Source: a bacterium (GTDB lineage Bacteria > UBP15 > UBA6099 > JAJRTR01). Taken from it: a stretch of DNA of 37,502 nt. The translations under genes were made by a program, and so were the position numbers. Each line of letters opens with the position of its first letter. The stretch's first letter is position 1. The notes under the pieces are model-generated. The model did not search any database and was not told the origin of the DNA. It worked only from the letters and a program-made list of their open reading frames with translations. Location of the stretch: NCBI GenBank assembly GCA_024278215.1, contig JAJRTR010000112.1, positions 1 through 37,502 of the forward strand, in the 5' to 3' direction. Below are positions 18,461 through 26,858 of the stretch, one piece after another.

Positions 18461-18702
18461 GCCGACGGTCCTTGATAAGAGGTAATGAAATAAAAATAAA
18501 AAATTGATGTTGCAGTGGGGGCGTGGGCAGACTGCGCCCCCATTTCAACGATGTCTCCCTTTTGCCGGGGTTCTCGCTGTCGGGCGGAAAGCGACCGGGG
18601 CGGGGCGACATCTGCACAGTATGGTTTTATCGCCGTGGCCTGCGCCCGGTTTTGATATATAAGCCGGTTGGCACCGAAATCTTTTCAAAGGTGGTATTTT
18701 TT

Positions 18703-20769
18703 ATGTACGAATACCTTACACCAAGTGAGTTTATACCCGTAAGGATTATTTTCCTTATAGCATTCGCGACCGCAATGTATTTTTTTGCGATACGTGTGAA
18801 ATTTCTGTTTGCCGCAATGAAACTGGGAGTCGAGGACCCCAAACCGAGATTCGACGATCCCGGCAAGCGCGTCACCAGCGTGTTGACATTCGTCTTCGGC
18901 CAGAAGCGGGTGCTGATGTTCCTGGGCGGCATCGGGCACTTCACCATCTTCTGGGGCTTCCTGATGATAGCCTTCGCCACGAGCGAACTCCTGGTAAATG
19001 CGATTTTTCCCAGTGTTAACTTCTGGACGATGGTTCCCGGCTTCCCGATTGTCGGCTTAATAGTCGACATAATCAGCCTGTGCGTGATCATCGCAATCGT
19101 GATCTCGCTCATCAGGCGTTTCGCCTTCAAGCCCGTTCGACTCGAAGGCCCGAAATCAGGCATGTATGACGCGCTGATAATTCTCGGACTCATCACTACG
19201 CTCATCATCACATACTTCATGATGGGCGGCATGAGAATTTCAGCCGGTGAGATAAATCCTGCTTTTGCGCCGATCTCCAACCTCTTCACCGGCATTATGC
19301 CGGCGGCTGTCGAGGGCAGCGTCGGCTCGACCGCCAAATTGGTTTTCGGAATACTCTGGGCCATTCACCTTTCTTCACTTCTTTTCTTCATCTATTACAT
19401 ACCGCGCTCGAAACACCTTCACCTGCTCGGCGCTATCCCGAACATCTATCTGCGCGACTTCGGAACTACAGGTGCTATCAACAAAATGGATTTCGAGAAA
19501 CTCGAAGAAGAGGAAGCGGAAGTCTTCGGCGTGCAGGAAGTCGAACAGTTCACCTGGAAACAGTTGCTCGACGGGTATGCCTGTACAGAGTGCGGACGCT
19601 GCCAAGAGCAGTGCCCGGCGTATAACACGGAAAAACCGCTGTCTCCCAAGATACTCGTACATGAAATGAAGGAACACCTCCTCGAGCGCGCGCCGGTCAT
19701 CCTGGCCGAAGGCAAACTCGACATGGAAAAGACCGAAGAGCTTAAAGAAAAATATGAGATTCTCAATAAGAGTATGATAGGCAACGTGTTCAGCCATGAA
19801 TTTATCTGGTCGTGCACTACCTGCCAGGCCTGCCAGACAGCCTGCCCCGTGTGGATCGAACACGTGCAGCTTATCGTCGACATGCGGCGCTACCTCGTGC
19901 TCACCGAAGCGGCGATGCCCTCGGAAGCCGAGCTGGCAATGCGCAACATGGAAAAAAATTCCAACCCCTGGGGTATCGGAAACCACAAGCGCGCCGAATG
20001 GGCCGAAGGACTCGATGTGCCCGTCATGAGCGCGCTCGAAGAACCGGCGGAATACCTGCTCTATCTCGGCTGCTCCGCGCAGTTCGATGAGGAAAACAAG
20101 GGCATCGCTATTTCAACAGCGAAGATTCTTAAAGCCGCCGGCGTCAACTTCGCGATACTCGGCGAAGAGGAAATGTGCTGCGGAGAGACGGCGCGCCGCC
20201 TCGGCAACGAATATCTCTCGGACGCTATGATGCAGGGCAACGTCGAGATTTTCGCCGGGTACAATGTCAAGAAAATCATTACCGTCTGCCCGCATTGCTA
20301 CAACACGACAAAGAACGAATACCCGCAATACGGCGGCGACTACGAAGTCTACCACCACACGGAATTCATCAAGATGCTGCTCGACCAGAACAAGATCAAG
20401 CTCAACAAAAAAGTGGACCTCGGAAACCTTGTCTATCACGACTCCTGCTATCTGGGCAGGTACAACGACATCTACGATCAGCCCCGCTCGCTCATCCAGG
20501 CCGCCACAGGCAAAGCGCCGACGGAAATGGCCAAGCACCACAAGTTCAGTTTCTGCTGCGGTGCGGGCGGCGGCATGATGTGGATGGAAGAGGAAGAACC
20601 GCGCATCAACGTCCGGCGTACCGAGATGGCGATCGACGCCGGCGCCGACACGATCTGCACAGCATGTCCTTACTGCCGCACTATGTTCCTGGACGGTGTT
20701 AAGGTCAAGGAGCAGGAAAACATCAAGTGCGTGGACATCAGCCAGGTAATCGCGGACGCAATGGAATAA
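18703..20769 (+). CDS. Membrane-bound FeS oxidoreductase (cytochrome b-like membrane domain, 2x[4Fe-4S], two CCG domains; FadF/ETF:quinone oxidoreductase type)
   Basis: N-terminal TM helices with His residues, CTECGRCQEQCP, CTTCQACQTACP, EEMCCG, YHDSCYLGR, FCCGAGGG; AAGGTGG RBS. Confidence 0.9.
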   Translation: MYEYLTPSEFIPVRIIFLIAFATAMYFFAIRVKFLFAAMKLGVEDPKPRFDDPGKRVTSVLTFVFGQKRVLMFLGGIGHFTIFWGFLMIAFATSELLVNAIFPSVNFWTMVPGFPIVGLIVDIISLCVIIAIVISLIRRFAFKPVRLEGPKSGMYDALIILGLITTLIITYFMMGGMRISAGEINPAFAPISNLFTGIMPAAVEGSVGSTAKLVFGILWAIHLSSLLFFIYYIPRSKHLHLLGAIPNIYLRDFGTTGAINKMDFEKLEEEEAEVFGVQEVEQFTWKQLLDGYACTECGRCQEQCPAYNTEKPLSPKILVHEMKEHLLERAPVILAEGKLDMEKTEELKEKYEILNKSMIGNVFSHEFIWSCTTCQACQTACPVWIEHVQLIVDMRRYLVLTEAAMPSEAELAMRNMEKNSNPWGIGNHKRAEWAEGLDVPVMSALEEPAEYLLYLGCSAQFDEENKGIAISTAKILKAAGVNFAILGEEEMCCGETARRLGNEYLSDAMMQGNVEIFAGYNVKKIITVCPHCYNTTKNEYPQYGGDYEVYHHTEFIKMLLDQNKIKLNKKVDLGNLVYHDSCYLGRYNDIYDQPRSLIQAATGKAPTEMAKHHKFSFCCGAGGGMMWMEEEEPRINVRRTEMAIDAGADTICTACPYCRTMFLDGVKVKEQENIKCVDISQVIADAME

Positions 20770-20819
20770 TCAAAAGTTCAGCCGGGCCGTCGCACCCGGT
20801 CGCGCATAAAGTGTACAAT

Positions 20820-20851
20820 AAAAAAGAGTCCCCGGCAGGACTCTTTTTTTT
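20820..20851 (+). terminator. Rho-independent terminator, probably bidirectional
   Basis: AAAAAAGAGTCC-CCGGCA-GGACTCTTTTTTTT. Confidence 0.85.
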
Positions 20852-20863
20852 GGGTTCTGGCGG

Positions 20864-20940
20864 AAATATGCGGCTTAATTTCGAGCCGTATTTATCACAA
20901 GTCGCACCTTTAACTCGCATATTTCACCAATGCGGGTTAA
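20864..20940 (+). repeat. Family B end fragments
   Basis: AAATATGCGGCT...AGCCGTATTT and TTAACTCGCATATTTCACCAATGCGGGTTAA, matching 24129..24152. Confidence 0.7.
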
Positions 20941-20959
20941 TATTTTTACATCCATATCA

Positions 20960-20988
20960 TTGAAGACAGGAGTTTTTTATAATAGAAT
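20960..20988 (+). promoter_or_regulatory. Sigma-70-type promoter for secDF
   Basis: TTGAAG-N17-TAGAAT. Confidence 0.45.
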
Positions 20989-21114
20989 GATTCGGTGCCA
21001 ATCAGGGGGCGAGGCCCCTGTTTTGTTATGATGTGATTAATCGGACCGGGAGTAGCTGCACAAAAGTGGATACTTCCAAGGACAAGTCCGTAAAGCAAAC
21101 GGAGAGACTGGAAT

Positions 21115-22470
21115 ATGAAGAAAAACGCACTGCCGCAATTGTTGCTGATTATTGTTGTAGTGGCATTCTGCGCTATATGGACCGCGTACAGTTACTACAG
21201 CAGTTTCGAGGAGCGGGTCGTAACGGTAAAGAAAGACGGGGAAGTTACGGAAGTAGTGAAAAAAGTTCATAAGTTCCCGATCAACTTGGGGCTTGATCTC
21301 AAAGGCGGGGTGAGGATTCTGCTGGAAGCGCTGCCGCCGGAAGAGGGACAACTGGACGATGAGAAGATGCGCGGACTGGTCGAGGTGATGCAGATGCGGC
21401 TGAACCCGACAGGAACGCGCGAAGTGACGATCCAGCGCCAGGGCGACAAGTGGGTTAACATCGAGATACCCGGCGAGCGCGACCCGGAAAAAGTGGAAGA
21501 GCTCATCGGCAAAGTCGCCAAACTGGAATTTGTGGACAGCAGAGGCAAATACTGGGAGGACGGCTATGAAGTCCCAAAAGACGCTAAAGTGATACTGACC
21601 GGCGATGATCTGGGTAGCGTCAGCGCAGGTTTCGGGCAGTACGGCAAGCCGGCGGTAAACTTCCAGTTCAAATCGGAAGCACAGGATGTATTCGGAAAAT
21701 TCACATCAAGAAATATAGATAAGTATCTCGCTATAGTGCTTGACCACCATGTAGTGTCGTGTCCAAAAATCAACTCGGCGATTTTCGGTGGCGGGCAGAT
21801 AACAGGCAATTTCACCACGGAAGAAGTACAGACGCTGGTGGCACAGTTGAAATCAGGTCAGTTGCCTGTCGAGGTCGAGGTCGCGGAGAAACACGCGGTC
21901 GGCCCCACGCTGGGCGCGGAATCAATAAGAAAGAGCGTACTGGCGGGCATACTGGGCATTTCACTCGTGCTGATTTTCATGATCGCTTACTACAGGCTGC
22001 CGGGCCTGGTGGCTGACCTGGCGCTGCTTTGTTACGTAATAATAATGATCGGCACGATGAGCATGTTCAGCGTAACACTCACGCTTCCCGGAATAGCCGG
22101 TTTCATTCTTTCGATAGGAATGGCGGTCGATGCCAATGTCATTATTTTCGAGCGGCTGCGTGAGGAGATCAGGATCGGCAAGACGCTCAAAGCCGCGCTC
22201 GATGCCGGGTTCACAAGAGCCTTCACAGCTATTCTCGACGCCAACGTCACAACGCTGATAGCGTCAGTTGTCCTCTACGCACTCGGCACTGGCCCGATCA
22301 GGGGATTCGCCGTAACGCTCAGTCTTGGTATCCTCGTGAGTATGTTCTCCGCAATCGTGATCACAAAGGTGTTTATGATTATGACTGTCAACATACCCGC
22401 ATGTAAGAATCTCGCGCTCTACGGCGCGAAACCCGAAAATCCGGAAATAGCCGCCGCTCAGTCTCGGTAG
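21115..22470 (+). CDS. secD: Protein translocase subunit SecD
   Basis: NLGLDLKGG, VGPTLG, GMAVDANVIIFERLREE, ILDANVTTL. Confidence 0.96.
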   Translation: MKKNALPQLLLIIVVVAFCAIWTAYSYYSSFEERVVTVKKDGEVTEVVKKVHKFPINLGLDLKGGVRILLEALPPEEGQLDDEKMRGLVEVMQMRLNPTGTREVTIQRQGDKWVNIEIPGERDPEKVEELIGKVAKLEFVDSRGKYWEDGYEVPKDAKVILTGDDLGSVSAGFGQYGKPAVNFQFKSEAQDVFGKFTSRNIDKYLAIVLDHHVVSCPKINSAIFGGGQITGNFTTEEVQTLVAQLKSGQLPVEVEVAEKHAVGPTLGAESIRKSVLAGILGISLVLIFMIAYYRLPGLVADLALLCYVIIMIGTMSMFSVTLTLPGIAGFILSIGMAVDANVIIFERLREEIRIGKTLKAALDAGFTRAFTAILDANVTTLIASVVLYALGTGPIRGFAVTLSLGILVSMFSAIVITKVFMIMTVNIPACKNLALYGAKPENPEIAAAQSR

Positions 22471-22495
22471 GAAACATAGAGGAGGATTTCTGCAA

Positions 22496-23881
22496 GTGGA
22501 TAAGAAGATCCGGTTCGACCTGGTAAGCACAAGAAAAATCTGGTTTCTCATTTCTCTCATAGTCATCGGCGCCGGAGTGGCGTCTCTTGTTGTCCAGAAC
22601 CTCAACTACGGGGTGGACTTCACTGGCGGCTACATCATTCGATTCGAAACGGGTAATAAGGTGACTACTCCCGAGATCGACAACATCGTCCAGAAGAACG
22701 GCATCAACGGGAATCCCGCGCAGGTGATGCGTGGCGGAAAAGAGTTCTCCGTCCGCATCCAGAGCTATGCCACGGCAAACCAGATAAAGGGTATGAGCAA
22801 CGATGAGCGGAAAGAAAAGTCCAAGGCTTTCAACGATAAAATCCGCAGAATGAAAATAGACTTCAATGTCGAATTCTATGACATCGACCCCGACAACTTT
22901 GTGCTCAGGGACCTGGGCGGCAAGCTGAAACGCTCCGATCTCAACGATTTTCTAAAGGAACAGGGCTATTCTTCCGGCACAGTCGTTATCGCCGGCACAG
23001 CGGAACTGCCCAAAAAGGACGAAGAATCAGCGCAACTCTATAATGTAACTCTTAAAATCAATAACATTACAGACAAAAAAGAACTGAAAAAGCTGGCGGC
23101 AGCACTCTACGACCGGTTCGAGGGTTACAGACAGTTCGTCAAAGAAGACAAGATCGACCCGGTGTTCGGCGTCGAACTCAAAAAGAAAGCATTTCTTGCT
23201 CTCGCTCTCGCCACTATCGGCATTCTCCTTTATGTCACAATCAGGTTCGAATTCTGGTTCGCGATCGCGGCCATTATCGCCCTGCTCCACGACTGCCTCA
23301 TCACCATCGGTTTTTATTCAGTGTTCCAGTTGGAGGTGAACAGCGCATTCGTCGCGATCATCCTGACGGTGTTCGGCTATTCGATCAATGACACGATAGT
23401 CATCTTTGACCGTATCAGGGAAAACATGCGCAAGCACAAGAGAGTGCCACTGGGCAAGATAATTAACGACAGCCTGTGGGAAACCCTGCCTCGCTCCATC
23501 AACACGACAATAACCACCGAGATCACGATAGTCGCGATATTATTACTCGGCGGCGCAAGTATAAAAAACTTTGCGCTCGGACTCAGCGTAGGAGTAATCG
23601 CCGGCTCATATTCGTCGATTTTCATTGCCGCGCCCCTTGCCTATATATTCAAAACCTATGAACGAATGAGAAAAGGAGAGGGGGCAAAAGTGCCGGCCGC
23701 CGCGGGCCGCGCTCCCAGCGGAGGAAGACCCGCCGCATCGGCAGAAAACATACCTAAAAAGAAAGATAAAAAAGCCGCGCAGCCCGCAACTGCCACAAGC
23801 AGCCAACCAGGCGGCAAGTCAAAAAAACAGAAATCCCAGGGTGGAAAACATAAGAAAAAAGGGAAACAGAGAAGACGCTGA
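22496..23881 (+). CDS. secF: Protein translocase subunit SecF
   Basis: GVDFTGG, GYSINDTIVIFDRIREN, YSSIFIAAP; GAGGA RBS with GTG start. Confidence 0.95.
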   Translation: MDKKIRFDLVSTRKIWFLISLIVIGAGVASLVVQNLNYGVDFTGGYIIRFETGNKVTTPEIDNIVQKNGINGNPAQVMRGGKEFSVRIQSYATANQIKGMSNDERKEKSKAFNDKIRRMKIDFNVEFYDIDPDNFVLRDLGGKLKRSDLNDFLKEQGYSSGTVVIAGTAELPKKDEESAQLYNVTLKINNITDKKELKKLAAALYDRFEGYRQFVKEDKIDPVFGVELKKKAFLALALATIGILLYVTIRFEFWFAIAAIIALLHDCLITIGFYSVFQLEVNSAFVAIILTVFGYSINDTIVIFDRIRENMRKHKRVPLGKIINDSLWETLPRSINTTITTEITIVAILLLGGASIKNFALGLSVGVIAGSYSSIFIAAPLAYIFKTYERMRKGEGAKVPAAAGRAPSGGRPAASAENIPKKKDKKAAQPATATSSQPGGKSKKQKSQGGKHKKKGKQRRR

Positions 23882-24127
23882 TTCATCCGGTCGGCGCGAA
23901 AAACAGCAAATTATCGCGCGGCAATCCACAGCCATTGTCATGAAAAGAAATAGTTGTGAACACAGAGCGTCCAGGACTATACGTTCTCGCCGGGAACGGT
24001 GGAAACAGATGTGACAGAAACGATTGTCGTTCCCGGATGGTCCACCCTGGAAACACACAATAACGAAAGATACATTTTTCAACTTAGGCCCATATCAGTT
24101 TGCCGTTTGCGACAAGAATAAATACTA

Positions 24128-24334
24128 TCCCGCATATCTTCACCAATGCGGGCCATAAATCGTGAGAATACCTGTAATACAAGGCGCGGCAAGTGAGTGG
24201 TGAGGGAGCAGCCGGCTAACCGGCCTCTTGCGCAAAATGCTGGTGCGTGACCGATCCCGAATCGCCGCCGCAACGCAGTAGAATAGGTGTTATCTTGATT
24301 TTCCGGATTTCTTTATGAGAAATCCGGGCTAAAC
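24128..24334 (+). mobile_element. MITE-like repeat family B, full copy with expanded apical hairpin
   Basis: Reverse complement of 212..395 with ~24 extra bases in the central hairpin; TA at both outer edges. Confidence 0.8.
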
Positions 24335-24443
24335 CTGATAAACAGCACCGACACAACAGCAGGCACCTGGTGCAAAACCAACTGCCCCGGACATACCCTG
24401 TATGAAACTCCCGGTCATGCCGGGCGGGAAGCCTATTTTTATA

Positions 24444-26207
24444 ATGGATTCAATATATAACTGGAAAGACACATTCCCGGACATGGAGATTGTCGACCAC
24501 CTCAGCCGCGGACTCGATGTGCCGCAGGCGCTTGCGAGGGCGCTTGTCAACAGGGGCATCGGCAGCATAGACGCCGCCAGGGCGTTCATGGACCCCGACG
24601 CCGCAATTCTACACAGCCCCGACGCCATGCCCGACATGGACATCGCCTCGGACCGCGTGATCAAAGCCCTGCGGAATCATGAGAAAATTCTTGTGCTCGG
24701 CGACTACGACGTGGACGGCATCACCGGCACCGCGCTGCTCGTCTCTTTTCTCGAAAACCAGGGCGGACACGTCAAGTACTACATTCCCGACCGCATCACC
24801 GAAGGATACGGGCTTTCGAGCGAGGTTGTCCGCAGATCAAGCAAGGCCGGCTATGGCCTCATTGTCACTGTCGACTCGGGCATCAGTTCAATCGAAGAAG
24901 CACGAGTAGCCGCAGAACTGGGCATCGACCTGGTGATTACGGACCATCACGAACCGCATGAAGAACTCCCCGGCGCCGTCGCCGTGTTGAACCCGAAGCG
25001 CAGGGACACAACCTATCCGTTCCGTGAACTCGCCGGGGTGGGCGTCGCGTTCAAGCTGCTGCTGGCAATAGGCGAAAAGCTGAACATCAGTTCGGAAGAG
25101 TTGCTCGCGAAATACATTGAAATTGTCGCGCTGGGCACAGTCGGCGACCTTGTCCCGTTGCTGGATGAGAACAGGTTTTTCGTGCGCCGGGGCCTCTCGA
25201 AAATGGCAAGGAGCAGCAACCTCGGCCTGTACTCGCTCCTTGAAGTCTCGCACATAAGGGAAGAGAGCCGGCTTGACACATATCATATAAGTTTCGTGCT
25301 TGCGCCGCGCATCAACGCCGCGGGCAGGATATGGAATCCGCGCGCGGGTGTCGAACTGCTTATGGCGCGCTCCGCCGAGCGCGCGCATCTGCTCGCCTGC
25401 AAACTCGACGAACACAACAGGCGCAGGATCGACGAGGAGTCACGCATCTTCAAGTATGCTGTCGAAAACCTCGAAGACTCTCACGACCTTGCAAATGACT
25501 GCGCTATCGTGCTATTCGACGAAAACTGGCACATCGGCGTTGTCGGCATCGTCGCCTCGAAACTCATGGAACGCCACCACAGACCCGTCATTTTGACTAC
25601 TGTCTCCAAACAACCCAACGACATCAAAATGACACATCCCGAAAAGGGCCGCGTCTGCCAGGGTTCCGCCCGAAGCGTGGAAGGCTTCGACCTCTATGAA
25701 GCTCTGAAGGAATGCTCCGACCTGCTGATTACCTACGGTGGCCACGCGCTCGCCGCCGGCATAAAAATATACGAAAACGATATACCCGAATTCCGGCGAA
25801 AACTCGGCGCGCTCGTTAGCAACAAACTTGGCGCCGGCCCGTTCAGGCGCTCGCTGAAAATCGACGCGGAGCTGCCGCTCGCGGGTGTCAATATGACACT
25901 GCTTAGAAAATCAAGGCTCATGGAACCCTGCGGCATCGGCAACCCGAAACCGGTGTTCAGGTCTTCAGGTGTTTCCGTGCTCCATCTCCGCCCCGTGGGC
26001 GCCGACGGCAGACACCTCCAGCTCAGACTCGGCCAGGGCGACGTGGTCCACGACGCCATCGGCTTCGGCTTCGGCGACTACTATTCGCCCGAAAACCTCT
26101 CGGGCGAGCATCTTGACATCGCTTTCGTTGTAAAGGAAGATAACTACAGCGGACGCACAAAACCTAAACTTCATCTTAAAGACCTGCGTGTCTCGAAACT
26201 TTCTTGA
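24444..26207 (+). CDS. recJ: Single-stranded DNA exonuclease RecJ
   Basis: GDYDVDG, TVDSG, ITDHH, LGTVGD, PRINAAGR, GGHALAAG; start uncertain. Confidence 0.95.
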   Translation: MDSIYNWKDTFPDMEIVDHLSRGLDVPQALARALVNRGIGSIDAARAFMDPDAAILHSPDAMPDMDIASDRVIKALRNHEKILVLGDYDVDGITGTALLVSFLENQGGHVKYYIPDRITEGYGLSSEVVRRSSKAGYGLIVTVDSGISSIEEARVAAELGIDLVITDHHEPHEELPGAVAVLNPKRRDTTYPFRELAGVGVAFKLLLAIGEKLNISSEELLAKYIEIVALGTVGDLVPLLDENRFFVRRGLSKMARSSNLGLYSLLEVSHIREESRLDTYHISFVLAPRINAAGRIWNPRAGVELLMARSAERAHLLACKLDEHNRRRIDEESRIFKYAVENLEDSHDLANDCAIVLFDENWHIGVVGIVASKLMERHHRPVILTTVSKQPNDIKMTHPEKGRVCQGSARSVEGFDLYEALKECSDLLITYGGHALAAGIKIYENDIPEFRRKLGALVSNKLGAGPFRRSLKIDAELPLAGVNMTLLRKSRLMEPCGIGNPKPVFRSSGVSVLHLRPVGADGRHLQLRLGQGDVVHDAIGFGFGDYYSPENLSGEHLDIAFVVKEDNYSGRTKPKLHLKDLRVSKLS

Positions 26208-26231
26208 CTTTTTATTTTTGGAGGCTGACCT

Positions 26232-26744
26232 ATGGATTTATCACAGGCTATCAGAAGCATACCGGATTTCCCGAAAAAAGGCATTATCTTCAGAGACATC
26301 ACGACGCTCCTCAAGGACCCGGAAGCGCTGAAAGAAACAATGAACCGGCTCGCGCTTCACTACAAAGATGAAAAAATCGACAGGATCGTCGGCATCGAAA
26401 GCAGGGGCTTCATCTTCGGCACACCACTCGCGCTGGAACTCGGCTGCGGCTTTATCCTTATCCGCAAACCGGGAAAACTGCCGGCGGAAGTCGTATCCCA
26501 GGAGTACGAACTCGAGTACGGCACCGACAAGCTCGAGATACATAAGGACGCGATAGAAACCGGCGAAAGAGTGCTGATCGTAGACGACCTTCTCGCCACG
26601 GGCGGCACTGCCGAAGCGGCTTGCAGCCTCGTCGAAAAGGTCGGCGGCGAGATCGCCGGCTGCGCCTTCGTCATCGAACTCGACTTCCTCGAAGGCCGCA
26701 AAAAACTCACAGGCAGAGACATTTTCTCTATCGTCCATTATTGA
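26232..26744 (+). CDS. apt: Adenine phosphoribosyltransferase
   Basis: [30 protein letters not shown]. Confidence 0.97.
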   Translation: MDLSQAIRSIPDFPKKGIIFRDITTLLKDPEALKETMNRLALHYKDEKIDRIVGIESRGFIFGTPLALELGCGFILIRKPGKLPAEVVSQEYELEYGTDKLEIHKDAIETGERVLIVDDLLATGGTAEAACSLVEKVGGEIAGCAFVIELDFLEGRKKLTGRDIFSIVHY

Positions 26745-26858
26745 TTGATGTTGAAACATTTTTTGTTTTTACTAAGTCTAATCATATAATCGCAACATAT
26801 TTTACGGGCTACAGGAGCAGCGCCCGGTGGTCGTCGTTTGCGAACGACGATAAACAAC

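Noticed and set aside
18523-18702. Long N-terminal extensions from the ORF track (FeS oxidoreductase, xth, pfkA, rnc)
   Set aside because: Downstream starts have better RBSs and match family N-termini
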